From contig NC_027216.1 of the NCBI RefSeq assembly GCF_000981445.1, positions 2,232,001 to 2,296,000 on the forward strand: DNA of 64,000 nucleotides, read 5' to 3'. This stretch comes from Babesia bigemina (Eukaryota). The position numbers and the translations under genes were made by a program. Shown in pieces: positions 1-11,015 of this stretch. The notes beneath the pieces were generated by a model that ran no database searches, was not told where the DNA came from, and saw only the letters and a program-made list of their open reading frames with translations. Position 1 is the stretch's first letter. Every line of letters starts with the position of its first letter.

Positions 1-3000
1 TCTTGACCTTCATCTCATCGCGTTGGGCGATCAGGGTGGGCGTGAGGTAGTTCAGCAAGAGCTGGATGGAATAGGCGACCAGCGCCGGCATCGAGGAAAT
101 CATGTCGCCACTGAAGTCCTGGAAGTCCTTGTTCGCGCTCCTCGCCTCCTTGCTGCGGTTCTTCAGCGCGTTGGCGTCGTCTTCGTCCTCCGCCTCCACC
201 AGCATGTTCACCACCCTCGGCGGCGGGCCATGATGGCCGATCGCGGCGTCCATCTCCGGCGCTTGAGATTCGTGCAACACCTTTTTGCCGTAGATATCGT
301 CATCGTCCGTGGCGTTTTCGCGGCCCTCTGCCGTCTGCTGCTTCAGGATGGTCATGAGCGTGTCGACATTGGAGAACCAGTTGTGGTGTTCGCTGTCGAA
401 GTTGCCCTTGTCCACCACGATGTCGTCCAGCCGCCGCTTCTGCAGCTGCTTGCGCCAGATGTTCTCCTCGACGGTGTGCTCGCTGATCAAGCGGTACACG
501 TTGACCTCCCTCGTCTGCCCGATACGGTGGCACCTGTCCATAGCCTGCCTGTCCATCGCCGGGTTCCAGTCGGTGTCGTAGAAGATGACAGTGTCGGCAC
601 CCGTCAGCGTCAGACCTACACCACCAGCACGTGTGGAGGAGATGAACAGGAATATCTTCTCGTTCTCGTTGAACTTCGTGACGATACGCTGCCTCATGTC
701 CACCTTGGTGGACCCGTCGAGTCTGACGTATGTGAACCCCATGAAGTTGATCCAGTTTTCCAGGATGTCCAGCATTTTGGAAAACTGGGTGTACAACAGG
801 CACCTGTGCCCCTCGCTCTTCAACCTCTTCAGCAGACGCCCCAGGACCAGGAACTTGCCGCAATCATCGTGCAGCAGGCTTCGAGGCGGGAAGAGCACCT
901 TCTGCAGTCCCCGGGCGTGCTCAATGCTGCATTTCGTTTCCTTGAAGTACCTGAATGATGAAGGCCGCTGTAGTTTGCTGTGGATCCGCTGTGCCGTGGC
1001 CTCTTGCCGGCAGTTCCAGGCCACACCTCCTTGGCCAACCATGACGACCCGCCTCGGGTTGCACTCCACAACCTTGCCGGTAGTGCACACAAACCGTGAC
1101 AACATCCACCAGTTGCGTTCCACCACGTCGTCCACGGTGGGCGCTATGATTTTCTGGAAGAATTCGGCCTTGGGCTTCGGGCGTCGATCGATGGTGAACT
1201 TGTTCAGCAGGAAACTGTCGTTCACCTCCAGCAGCTCCCGCTTATTCACTACTACGTTGGAGTCATCGATTTGTCGAGCGAAATACTTGGGTTCGTGCAT
1301 TACGGTCGGATCCACGTCATGGGTTGCATCATCGGTAGTGCAAACTACATAGTTGGACTCCGTAGCAAAGTCCGAAACATCGGATATATCGCTCGTCGGC
1401 AAAAAGTAATCCATGTTGTGCATCATCGGCCCTGCGTGGTGGGGAGGTGTGGGAATGTTGACGAATGGATCAATGTCTTGCATCACTGCGTTGGCGGGGC
1501 TGCTCGTACTGACAGACCGTCCGCTGTCTAAGGCCATGGCTACGATCCCGTTACCTACTTGTTGGAACCTGTCGTGGAACCCGAAGTTTGTTGAGGTGGC
1601 ATCGGATTCCGAAAAGGCGCAAGAGGAAGCCGTGATTGAAATCGACGGCCCCAGAGTTTGGTCGTATTCGCGCCCTACCGACGCACGTCTAGTTGGCGAA
1701 CAACGCATATGGCGCCGTCTAATATCTTCGAATGGGTTGCCCGAAAGCATGTGTTCGACGAGGAATCCAGAAAGCGTAAGTTTCCGCCTTCCACCTGATT
1801 TCCGACTAAGCAGGCACTTGGAAATCGGGAATCGGGACACCACAGGTAGCTGGGCCACGTCTCCGTCGTATGCGTTGTTGTTTTGCCTAAAAACGCGTTG
1901 GAACTGCACCTTGCTGCCTCGGAAGGATCTGACAAACGAGGGCGGCAGGACCACACGGTCTTGGTGGCCCCTGGCGCCCACCATTATGGGTAGCGTCTCA
2001 GACGGGTGCACCCGCATATCGATGACATCATGGTGGTACAATCTGGCTCCACGTCGCAACTCCGGTAATAGGAACATCATCGGGAAAGCCACGTTCTCCA
2101 TCATGGCGGGGTCATAATACGGCGTTTCAACAGGCCTTGACTGCAGCTGGTCTGGGTGATTGCAAATCTTCCTCAACTGCATTAGCACGAACAGCATCGA
2201 TCTGTAGTTGGGGTTCTTCAGCGCTTCCACTGCGCTGCGACTCGATATGAATTCGTCGTAGAGCACCCTTTGCCTGCGGGACAGGTAGCACTTGATCACG
2301 TGCTCGTACTTCGAAGGCATCTGTTTCTCCACGTCTTTCTTAAGGCGCCTCAACAGGTACGGTCGGAGCACCGTGTGCAGCTTTTGGACAAGGTGGGAAG
2401 TCTGGAGGTCCTGCTGGTTCCCCTCCCCGTTCATCTGTTCCCGCTCAATGGACTCAGTGAGGGGGTCGCTGAACCACTCCTTGAACTCCGAGTGCGACGT
2501 GAACACATCGGGCAGAATGAAATGCATGAGCGACCACAGTTCCTGCAGCGAGTTTTGTAGCGGGGTTCCTGTGAGCAGAATACGACCCTCGGTGTTGAAG
2601 GTAAGCAACGTCTGCCATCTTTTGGAGTGGAAGTTTTTGATATTCTGTGCCTCATCCAGAACCATGTACACCCAGCTCTTACGCTTCAAAATGTAGGAGT
2701 CCTGCACGACAGTGGCGTATGACGCGATGCACACGTTGAACGCATGCTCCTTGTTCCACCCGATACGTTTCTTCGCCCTCTCAGCAGGCGAACCGTAATA
2801 CGAAACAATCATGAAACCCGGGCAGAACTTCTTAAACTCCATCTCCCAATTCAGCAGCACGGACGTAGGCACGACGATGAGGTGCGGCCCCCAGTTGCCG
2901 TGGTCACAAGCCAGGTGCGCCAATAAGGCGATTGTCTGCAGAGTTTTACCCAGTCCCATTTCGTCCGCCAGGATGCCGTTGGAACCTTTGCGATATAGCG

Positions 3001-5710
3001 AAGCCAGCCACCGCAACCCGTCAATCTGGTATGGCCGCAACGTGGCCCGGATTAGAGACGGCACCTGGACAGCATCTTCATCGTCTGCAGACGACTCCGC
3101 CGTGGAATCGTCACGTTCAGCTTCACCACTGAATTCATCCTCCTTCGACCCATCAACGGTCTTGGCATCGTCTCCTTCGGAATCGGACGCTGTCTGTGAC
3201 TCGGTTTCTTCCACTGACATGTCGTCGCTACTCTCGCCGTATCCGCCGGTAGCCCTGTACCGAGCGATGAGCTCCTCTATAGGCAGGTTCGCATCTTCCT
3301 CCAGAGCCGATATCTCCTTGACGCGCTCTTGCTTGCCAGTTTCGTTGTCGGAGTGCTCATCGCTTATTGCCTCGTCAAGGTGCAGATCTTCGTCCTCCTG
3401 CTCCTTGAACCTGTCATCCCCCAGTGTGAATTCAGCCTCCATGTCATCTTTACCACCCTCTTGCGACCCTGACTTAGTATCCTCGCGCGATTCGCCTTTC
3501 GCTGCATCTGGCGTTGCGGTGAAACTTTCTGGGCGATGCCGTTTGCTTCGAGTTGCGGCCAACGATTGGGGAGGAACCAGTTCCTTGTCACCTTTTTCGT
3601 CTTCAGAGTCTGTCTCGTCTTCTGAACCATCTTCATCGTCGACGTCCATTTCATCCCCTCCGTCATTTTCTTCCTCGGAACGCAGTTCATTGTCGCTGTG
3701 TTCAGACGAACTCATTTCCGTCCCGTCGTCAGCCTCGGAGTGCGATGAGATGTCGTGTTCCTCTTTAAACTTTTCCTCTTCCTCCCTGTAACGGCGCAGA
3801 ATTTCTTCGATTGGCAAGTTCAGGTCGTCCTCAAGGGCATTCAGCTCCTTAGTTTGGCTACCAGCAGCCTCGTCGAGCTGCTCCTCCTTCTCCATGGCCA
3901 TGTCGAGCAGCGCGTCGTCGCGCTCCATCCGCTTCATCTCTTCGGATATGACAAATTCGTCATCAGCAACGCCTTTCGTTGCACCGTCGTCGCGGGTGGT
4001 ATCACTAGCTGTGGAAGGAGAGCCTGCGTCGCGCCGTTCCACTTTCACAAATTCCTCCTTTACATAGTCAGTCCTCGGTTCGCCATGGTCTGCCGTTTTC
4101 ACGCTTGAAGCAGGTTCATCTGTTACCTCGTCGGTGTGCTGCCGCTTGATATCGTGGGACTCCCTTTTCATCTTGCCGTCAGCTCTGACCTTGTCGTTCT
4201 TGGTAATCGAGAGTTTAATGGCGTCTTCAACGAACTTGTCCAGCCTCATGCGTTTCTTCTCGATGAGGGTGGCCTGCAGGTCACGTTTCATACGCTCCCA
4301 GGCGAACCGCTCGATTTTCTTCCAGTAGATCGCTATGGCGTTAGCCACAGTCTTGCACTGTTGCTTCCTCTGCTTTATTTCATCCAGTTCCAGGGCCATT
4401 TTCCGGTTCTCGAACTTGGACGCCTGTTTCTGCGCGGCCGCCGAAATCGCCTTGAACTTCCGTCGCTTTTCCCGGTGTTCGTAGTCGACCAGGTCCTGGA
4501 AGTCGTTCATTTCCTTGAGCACAGGCTCCCAAATCGATAGGTCGTGTATTTTTATCGGTTCGGTCAGCTTGCTGGGCACGGTGCGTCCCATCAAAATGTG
4601 CAATTCGTTGAGCTGCTTTCGTAGCGTGTCCAAATTTTCGGTGATCATCGCTGTCTCATCCTCGAACTCCTTGTAAATGCCCCCTAACTCCGTAAAGAAG
4701 CTCAACTCGATGTCCACGTGTGGCTTGGCCATAGCGATCAGCTCGTCCGTGTTTTGCGGCATATGCGGCAGCAGCCGCCGGAACTCCTCCTCGATGTTGA
4801 CCTTGATTCCCCACCACTTCGCAGCTCCAGCCTTGCCGCTGGGGAATGGAAGAGGCGCTAGACTGTCACTGCTTTCTGACGATGCGTGCCTTCTCACTTT
4901 GACCTTCCGTAAATGCCTCGCATGATCCAACTCGGACGATGCACAATCCGGCGTCGGCTCCTGAGGCGCATCTCTGTGCTGAGGTGGCAGCGGATTTGTG
5001 TCTCCTTGAGGTTGCGCGGCTATTGACGCTGCATTCGGCGACGATACGGCTGCCTCGGCCGACGGCGATTCAGGTAGCGAAGCAATTCTCGGTGTAGACT
5101 CCTTTGACGCGTTCGGCATTGTAGGCGCTATGCCAAGTGGTGCCTCAGGTTGAGGGTACTGCGCCCCCAACGGCATGTTGACGTACGCAGCGTCGCCTTC
5201 TATCGAAGTGCTGCCGAACCTCCTGGTGCTATTTTGCGAGTCAAATTGCGCAAGTTGGGGATATGCCTCACCCACACCCAACGGGTAAGTTGGCACGGGA
5301 TGTGCGCCATATCCCATCAGCACCACGTGGCCTGCCGCAACGGCTGCCGCCGGCAGGTGCACTACATTGGAGACGGCGTAGGGGGCAACGAGCTGGGAAC
5401 CGTGCACGCCCGGCACCGTCATCTGCGAAAGCTGAGACTGCCTTGGGACCATTGCATTTGCCGATTGGTCGCCTAGCTGTGCAGCATTTATATCCCCGGG
5501 CGAGGTGTAGTTCACCACCTGCGCACCCATATTCTGCATTTGCGCCTGCCACCCGCCGAATGGCGCTGCCCCGAACGGCTGCTGCTGCACTGCGTAGTTC
5601 ACGCCATAGACGCTAGGCAGCCTATCGGAACCGGTCCCATTGCCGGAGTTAACGCCCTCACCGCCGGGAGAGCCCCTCCCCGTATTGTTCACGTTGTACC
5701 CCGGGTACAT
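1..5710 (-). CDS. SWR1: SWR1/SRCAP (Domino)-type SNF2 chromatin-remodelling ATPase; 3' end runs off the window
   Basis: Minus-strand frame translated by hand from ATG 5710 (MYPGYNVNN...). It is in frame with NGILADEMGLGKTLQTI (~2980-2930), and the gene also shows LDEAQNIKNF, LLTGTPLQNSLQELWSL, QLRKICNHP, a long split-ATPase insertion and GLTLTGADTVIFYDTDWNPAMDRQAMDRCHRIGQ. It is absent from the ORF track because there is no stop in the window. Confidence 0.92.
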   Translation of the reverse strand, partial: MYPGYNVNNTGRGSPGGEGVNSGNGTGSDRLPSVYGVNYAVQQQPFGAAPFGGWQAQMQNMGAQVVNYTSPGDINAAQLGDQSANAMVPRQSQLSQMTVPGVHGSQLVAPYAVSNVVHLPAAAVAAGHVVLMGYGAHPVPTYPLGVGEAYPQLAQFDSQNSTRRFGSTSIEGDAAYVNMPLGAQYPQPEAPLGIAPTMPNASKESTPRIASLPESPSAEAAVSSPNAASIAAQPQGDTNPLPPQHRDAPQEPTPDCASSELDHARHLRKVKVRRHASSESSDSLAPLPFPSGKAGAAKWWGIKVNIEEEFRRLLPHMPQNTDELIAMAKPHVDIELSFFTELGGIYKEFEDETAMITENLDTLRKQLNELHILMGRTVPSKLTEPIKIHDLSIWEPVLKEMNDFQDLVDYEHREKRRKFKAISAAAQKQASKFENRKMALELDEIKQRKQQCKTVANAIAIYWKKIERFAWERMKRDLQATLIEKKRMRLDKFVEDAIKLSITKNDKVRADGKMKRESHDIKRQHTDEVTDEPASSVKTADHGEPRTDYVKEEFVKVERRDAGSPSTASDTTRDDGATKGVADDEFVISEEMKRMERDDALLDMAMEKEEQLDEAAGSQTKELNALEDDLNLPIEEILRRYREEEEKFKEEHDISSHSEADDGTEMSSSEHSDNELRSEEENDGGDEMDVDDEDGSEDETDSEDEKGDKELVPPQSLAATRSKRHRPESFTATPDAAKGESREDTKSGSQEGGKDDMEAEFTLGDDRFKEQEDEDLHLDEAISDEHSDNETGKQERVKEISALEEDANLPIEELIARYRATGGYGESSDDMSVEETESQTASDSEGDDAKTVDGSKEDEFSGEAERDDSTAESSADDEDAVQVPSLIRATLRPYQIDGLRWLASLYRKGSNGILADEMGLGKTLQTIALLAHLACDHGNWGPHLIVVPTSVLLNWEMEFKKFCPGFMIVSYYGSPAERAKKRIGWNKEHAFNVCIASYATVVQDSYILKRKSWVYMVLDEAQNIKNFHSKRWQTLLTFNTEGRILLTGTPLQNSLQELWSLMHFILPDVFTSHSEFKEWFSDPLTESIEREQMNGEGNQQDLQTSHLVQKLHTVLRPYLLRRLKKDVEKQMPSKYEHVIKCYLSRRQRVLYDEFISSRSAVEALKNPNYRSMLFVLMQLRKICNHPDQLQSRPVETPYYDPAMMENVAFPMMFLLPELRRGARLYHHDVIDMRVHPSETLPIMVGARGHQDRVVLPPSFVRSFRGSKVQFQRVFRQNNNAYDGDVAQLPVVSRFPISKCLLSRKSGGRRKLTLSGFLVEHMLSGNPFEDIRRRHMRCSPTRRASVGREYDQTLGPSISITASSCAFSESDATSTNFGFHDRFQQVGNGIVAMALDSGRSVSTSSPANAVMQDIDPFVNIPTPPHHAGPMMHNMDYFLPTSDISDVSDFATESNYVVCTTDDATHDVDPTVMHEPKYFARQIDDSNVVVNKRELLEVNDSFLLNKFTIDRRPKPKAEFFQKIIAPTVDDVVERNWWMLSRFVCTTGKVVECNPRRVVMVGQGGVAWNCRQEATAQRIHSKLQRPSSFRYFKETKCSIEHARGLQKVLFPPRSLLHDDCGKFLVLGRLLKRLKSEGHRCLLYTQFSKMLDILENWINFMGFTYVRLDGSTKVDMRQRIVTKFNENEKIFLFISSTRAGGVGLTLTGADTVIFYDTDWNPAMDRQAMDRCHRIGQTREVNVYRLISEHTVEENIWRKQLQKRRLDDIVVDKGNFDSEHHNWFSNVDTLMTILKQQTAEGRENATDDDDIYGKKVLHESQAPEMDAAIGHHGPPPRVVNMLVEAEDEDDANALKNRSKEARSANKDFQDFSGDMISSMPALVAYSIQLLLNYLTPTLIAQRDEMKVK

Positions 5711-5711
5711 C

Positions 5712-6956
5712 TTACAGTCCCTTGGGAAGCCGCCTGTACGGTCTGGAGTTATTTCTGTACCTAGCCTGTATTTTGGCCAGAGTGGGGTTGCTGACGAGCC
5801 CCTTTTTACCCACTGCCTGGTTCTTCGCTTCGGCTATAAGGCCAAGAATTTCTCGCTCCACTTGTGCTTTATCCTTGTTGACGCCGCCGCTTGATTTTCC
5901 CTGTTGACGCCGGGAATCTCCTAGACTCGACCTTTGGCCCGCTTTGTGTGTCAAAAGGCCGGAATCGGGGTGTGACTCGGGGTCTGCCGTGTTCCCAAAC
6001 CTATCCAGTGGCTCGTCTCCGGGGTTATGCAGGGACGGCACGGCGTCGTCCGCTTCCCAATGTGGGCTTACCGATGATGCAGGCGATTTATCGGGGTCAC
6101 CCGGTACAGATTTGCGATTTGAGTAGGATCGCACGTTATGTACACCCTTGCGACCTCCGACCGAAGGGGACAGCTCCACCCCCTGATGGTCGGTGAGTTC
6201 TTCAGTTGTTTGGCTTCCCGGCCGTATACGGTTTTCTCTCTCCACTTCCTTTTGCTGCTTCAACTTTCTTGACTTCTTTACATTGTTACTCTTCCTTGTG
6301 CCGAGTGAGTAGAAGTCGGTTGGGACATTTTCGTTGCGATACTTTAGTGGCACGTAGGGCACCCGGGGCTGCGCGTTTGTAAGCAGCCCGTTTCTGTAGG
6401 TGATAAATAATCTGCGCAGCCGCGAGGCGATCCGTAACTTCACAGAAACTTCGTGTTTCGCTTGCCTGAGCTTGTCCAATTCTTCCTTGGAGCTCGTGAA
6501 GCTGTTTCGCATGACCTTGTGCTTCTCAGCGAGCTTACGCAGCTGCCGGTTCGCCGTGCCCAGCTTGTACCCGAACCTGCGAATCTCCCACTCCGACCAC
6601 TCTATCTGCGCTCGGGCAAGCGACTGCTTGAGTTGAGGGCCTTTGGTCTCGCGCTTTATGGCAAAGAACCCCTCAACGACATTCAGAGGCGGGGCTGTGC
6701 TTATCGAGCTCGCCTCCGGATCCGCGCAGAATATGCGTTCTACAGCCTCCGCGGCATTTATTTGGCTGTTCCGGGAACGGATGCGCCAAAATGGCGGAGA
6801 GGTGTGGCTTCCGCCGCCGCAACCCCGGAGCAGGCGCGGTAGACAGGACCGACTTTGAGCGATCCGTACAGGCGCACGCAGCGAAAACGCCGCAACCAGC
6901 ACGAACTGGTATGCTAACAAGAGTGCGACGTAGCCTGCGCAAACATTACCACGCAT
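5712..6956 (-). CDS. Hypothetical protein with signal peptide and basic transit-like leader (possibly apicoplast-targeted), coiled-coil middle
   Basis: ORF 5712..7037; first ATG at 6956 gives MRGNVCAGYVALLLAYQFVLVAAFSLR, followed by an R/S-rich segment. Confidence 0.6.
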   Translation of the reverse strand: MRGNVCAGYVALLLAYQFVLVAAFSLRAPVRIAQSRSCLPRLLRGCGGGSHTSPPFWRIRSRNSQINAAEAVERIFCADPEASSISTAPPLNVVEGFFAIKRETKGPQLKQSLARAQIEWSEWEIRRFGYKLGTANRQLRKLAEKHKVMRNSFTSSKEELDKLRQAKHEVSVKLRIASRLRRLFITYRNGLLTNAQPRVPYVPLKYRNENVPTDFYSLGTRKSNNVKKSRKLKQQKEVERENRIRPGSQTTEELTDHQGVELSPSVGGRKGVHNVRSYSNRKSVPGDPDKSPASSVSPHWEADDAVPSLHNPGDEPLDRFGNTADPESHPDSGLLTHKAGQRSSLGDSRRQQGKSSGGVNKDKAQVEREILGLIAEAKNQAVGKKGLVSNPTLAKIQARYRNNSRPYRRLPKGL

Positions 6957-7439
6957 GGAGGTCGCTCTTCCAGGCTGCTCCAGGCGTCGCCGATCGGGAC
7001 TGCGGTTGCGTCCGGTCAATACCAGGGCGCTCCGCACCGCTTTATTTATCTGCTAAATGTACTCTGCATGCTTGCCTTCCGATTGGCAAGTGTAAACAAA
7101 ATAGTGGAAGTTGGTGTGTTGGACGCCGGTCGCGCTCCAACGTGGGTTCTCGCTCTGCAGGACGCGGTACGCGCCCCTTACACGCGCCGTCTGTGTGTGT
7201 TTCGCACTTATCGCCGCTTTGTGTTGCATTGTTGGCGGTGTTGCCGACTAAGTGCAGGCAGTTTGGTTCGCCGCGGCGCTGTATGTCCATGCAACCTCTA
7301 CGTGCCTTCCTGGCGAATGAAACTAACGAATTCAACGCGTGTGCTGTCGGTTTCTGCCAGGGGATATTCCTGCAATACATTAAAGCAGCCATGTTCCGTC
7401 GTAGTCGACCACTAGGGGCGGTCAGCCTCAGGTGTGAAT

Positions 7440-9416
7440 TTAGAGGAAAGACTTCATAATGTGGCCGATCAGGTGCTGGTGAGGCCCGATGCGCGAAGCC
7501 ACCACATCCATGTTGACGTACTCGGAGTACTTTATCATCTGGTAGAGCTCGCGCCTCATGAACCGCCTGATTTGGGGCGAGTTGGTCTCGACCAGGAAGG
7601 TGATCTCGAGATCCTTGCCATAGGACCGCCTGCCGTAGTTAGAGCTCCCGATCACCGTAGCGCACGGCGGCTCAACGGCGGCGTCGAACTCTTCCTCCGA
7701 TCTGTGCGCCACGTCCACTGGAATGCGGTCCTTGAGCACCCATATCCCCTTGGCGTGGAACGTGTGGTTGGGTCTGTTGTACTCCATGTAAATATCTTCG
7801 GGGTAGCCTTCCTCGTCACGAAGGGCCTTGAAAAGCCACGTAGCGGCCGTGCTGTAGAACAGGGCTATGTTTCTCTTGAGTGACCCGTCGCGGTAGAACG
7901 AGTTGGCGTAGGGGCTGGAAGTCACCACTTGCAACGGGTGGCGTTTTCCTCTGGTCTTGCCGATCTCCAAAATCTCTTTGAACATCTCCATGTAGCGCTC
8001 CGTGAAGTTCATGTAGGCCGTGGCGATGAGCGCCGAGTAACCCGCTCTCGTGTATTGCAGCAGCCAGTTCTCCAGCATGGTCGCACCCTGCATGAACGGA
8101 GGGTCCGTGAACGGAAGTTGCACGCAAATCTTGATGTGGCAGTAGTATTCACCCTCCTTTTCACCATTTTGCTCTGTTTCAAGCTCTTCTGCACTACCAT
8201 CCGTGGTGGCACCGTCGGGCAGAATGTACGATAGACCGCACCGGCCACGTTCACCGCGTGAATGCGGCGACTCCTTGTTGGTCCTCCCGACGGAGATGTA
8301 ATCCGAACCTGTATTGGTTTTTGCATCTACAGCGCCACCTGTCTTCGGAATTTTCGTCCTGACAGCCTGGTCAGGGCTTGAATCCGTGTTTTGCGATTTT
8401 TGTGCCTGGTCATCTTCTCCACGAAGGCCAGTGACGCGTCGCTGTTGAGCCGCCAGATCTGGTCTGCCCTCCAGAGAGGATCTCTCGCTGCTGGTCCGCT
8501 TCCGCCAAGTCGCGTGTGGCGAGTTGGGATCATCCTGCGATTCTTGGTCCGATATCCCCAAGTCCACCTCGTCATCACAGCACCCCTCTGGGTAACTGCT
8601 ATTTGCTGAAAGTGGGCTGCAGTCACGATAGGAACGATTCGACGTGTAACAATCCGCCGGATGTGGTTGCACGTCACCGTTGGCATCCACGTGCCCGTGG
8701 AACCGGTTCTTCTCCAATATCTCCCGGCACTTGTTCACCATGTGGGCTGTGCGGATGTACAGCTGCTTCCGGTACAGCAGGTTGTCCTCCAGCGGGTTGA
8801 CGAAGTCCGAGTGCCACTCGACGGTGAGGTTCTCAGTGAGTTCGAAGCTCGCCGTCTGGAACGTCCGTACGATGGTGTGCATGAGGTCGGCGAACAGCGG
8901 GTCGCGGACAACCATGTACCGGTCGTACCGGTCGCAGAAGTAGTCGCGCCCAGCATTCGCCCCCGTGATAATGCACTGGTCGTCGGCAATGAACACCTTA
9001 ATGTGCATGGTCCCAAACGCCTCGCAATACGGGGACTTGATGACCTTGCTGCAGAGCCGACCCAGCAACGGGTTGTGTAGCAGTGATACCTTCGTTTGGT
9101 GGCCCGGCGCCAAATACGGTTGCAGCTGGGTCAACGGGCTGACGATCTTTCCCGAGCTTCCGACACGAGATGTGCGAGTTTTGTCGACCAGGACATCCAC
9201 AGTGAGGTCGTCGTTGCGCTGCTTGGCCGTCACTATGGAGCGGATGAGCTGCTCCTCCAACTCCCCGCATCCGACGTACAAACATGCAAGGACGACACGT
9301 TTCTGCGCCGACTCGTAGCCCTTGCAGAGCGTACGGTAGAACTCATCGGGGCTGGCGAGGAATCTGACGTTCTCCGGCGGCACCGAACAGACCAAATACG
9401 TGTCGTCCGCCATCAT
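7440..9416 (-). CDS. PGS1: Phosphatidylglycerophosphate synthase (PLD-superfamily, PGS1 type)
   Basis: 658 aa ORF with SPDEFYRTL..AQKRVVLACLYVG, HIKVFIADD..IITGAN..DYF, and a second motif TFHAKGIW...IGSSNYGRRS..DLE. Confidence 0.9.
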   Translation of the reverse strand: MMADDTYLVCSVPPENVRFLASPDEFYRTLCKGYESAQKRVVLACLYVGCGELEEQLIRSIVTAKQRNDDLTVDVLVDKTRTSRVGSSGKIVSPLTQLQPYLAPGHQTKVSLLHNPLLGRLCSKVIKSPYCEAFGTMHIKVFIADDQCIITGANAGRDYFCDRYDRYMVVRDPLFADLMHTIVRTFQTASFELTENLTVEWHSDFVNPLEDNLLYRKQLYIRTAHMVNKCREILEKNRFHGHVDANGDVQPHPADCYTSNRSYRDCSPLSANSSYPEGCCDDEVDLGISDQESQDDPNSPHATWRKRTSSERSSLEGRPDLAAQQRRVTGLRGEDDQAQKSQNTDSSPDQAVRTKIPKTGGAVDAKTNTGSDYISVGRTNKESPHSRGERGRCGLSYILPDGATTDGSAEELETEQNGEKEGEYYCHIKICVQLPFTDPPFMQGATMLENWLLQYTRAGYSALIATAYMNFTERYMEMFKEILEIGKTRGKRHPLQVVTSSPYANSFYRDGSLKRNIALFYSTAATWLFKALRDEEGYPEDIYMEYNRPNHTFHAKGIWVLKDRIPVDVAHRSEEEFDAAVEPPCATVIGSSNYGRRSYGKDLEITFLVETNSPQIRRFMRRELYQMIKYSEYVNMDVVASRIGPHQHLIGHIMKSFL

Positions 9417-10400
9417 GCGCGTCTACTTCTACTGGGCGTAAACTAGTGCATAAGGTGTCGAGCGCTCCACGCACCCCTCTAAGTACTGCTCACCACAGGC
9501 CACTGTCTACCACAACGGCACGTGCCGTATATGTGTCAGTATAGGTCTGAATTTCGAATCGCCAGGAGAGGCGTGATTGGCGCCGTTTCTACCGTGGAAG
9601 CGGGTCGTCCGACACGCGCGGGAGGTCCCGACGCACACCGCTTCCGCCATCACCAGATAGTCCGCCACCACTAATTGTAGTTTTAGAACCGAATAATAGC
9701 TTTTGTCACGGCATAACGTTAACACAGGCCACCTACGTTATCTGTAGCGACCGTATGGGCGATGTCATTGCTCTAGTACATATCTTCGAATGTTACCAGA
9801 ACACATGAGCTGCCGATAGATCATAGACAGCGTGCCCCTGTGGCACAGTGCCAAAATGTGTACTGTCTGCTGGCATGTAACTGCCGCAGCGGTATGCCGC
9901 CGGAGGCCGACTGCAGGCACTGCTGCGGAGCCAGCCGACACCTCGGCCGATAGCGGGCTGCCTTGACAAAAAAGGTAGTTGCAGGGCATAGGCACAGCTT
10001 CGCAATAGTACCCTGGTGGCAGATAAGAAGGCATCCGAGAATGCCGTGTGTCTAGCACGGCACGCCGACTGGCATCGGCGAGATCTAACGGCTGCTCGTT
10101 ACGAAAAAGGGGCACTGGTTGCATCTAGGAGATGCATTAAATCGCATCAAAAATATGCCGCGTCCAAGTGCCGACCTAACTAGACACGTGGCGGGTGCGC
10201 CGTTTCCTCGAGTGCCGACGGTGCCGCGCGCACACGGAGCCACAAGTACCTACTAGATGAATTTAAATGATTCCACATTGGTCACCTGATTGTTAACGGC
10301 CTCTATTCGCCTCGGCCGTAGTCATAGAGGCGTGAATGTCTCGAGCCTTGCGGGCACTCCTCCCGGCGTGCGCCGCAACAAAAGGTTCGCCGTACCGAAT

Positions 10401-11015
10401 ATGCGCCCCGCCATAAAAAATAACATCACTGGACGCTTCCAGGCGGTGGCGGACGCAATGCTGTGGCAAGGAGCGCGCGTAGCATGCTCGGCAGCGCTAC
10501 TGCTGAATACCATCATCAGCTTATTCGTAATAAGTTTTTTCAGGCTGAGGAGCAACTGGTTCGGCGTTGTCAGCTGGGATGGGACCCACACCGTAGTCAG
10601 CCACCGACGTGGTAGCCTCCTAGCGTGTCTGGCTGCACAGCATGCCAACTCGCGCATCGAGCTCGACGCCTATTTCTCGTATGCCATACGGTGGTTCTAC
10701 GGAAACCGGAAGAGCACCGCCACGATGCGCATGGGCGCCTGGACTGCACGTTCGGGTGACCTGCGCTTCAGACGCCTACTCACGCTTCCCCCTCTGGAAA
10801 CAAACGATCCAGCTAAGGGTGGTGAACGCCCGGACCCCTCTCGAGCGGTACGCATCTGCAAATGCAAGTCAGTCACCTTCAACGAACACGTCGAAGTGCA
10901 CCTCATCGCGAGCTCTCGTCTTGGCATGTACCAGCCCGGATATTTCACAAACCGGTACAACTTCGTCAACAACTTTACTCTCATACCGGCAAACACATTT
11001 GTACAACATGTCTGA
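10401..11015 (+). CDS. Small hypothetical protein with hydrophobic N-terminal segment and C-terminal RVxF (PP1-docking) motif; exon structure uncertain
   Basis: ORF 10290..11015, first ATG 10401; contains ALLLNTIISLFVISFF and KSVTFNEHVEVH. Confidence 0.5.
   Translation: MRPAIKNNITGRFQAVADAMLWQGARVACSAALLLNTIISLFVISFFRLRSNWFGVVSWDGTHTVVSHRRGSLLACLAAQHANSRIELDAYFSYAIRWFYGNRKSTATMRMGAWTARSGDLRFRRLLTLPPLETNDPAKGGERPDPSRAVRICKCKSVTFNEHVEVHLIASSRLGMYQPGYFTNRYNFVNNFTLIPANTFVQHV

Noticed and set aside
23..5000. Many plus-strand ORFs, e.g. 23..958 and 2811..3791
   Set aside because: Antisense shadows of the GC-rich SWR1 coding sequence.
8150..8700. Long insertion between the two catalytic halves of PGP synthase
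   Set aside because: Low-complexity inserts are routine in apicomplexan enzymes.
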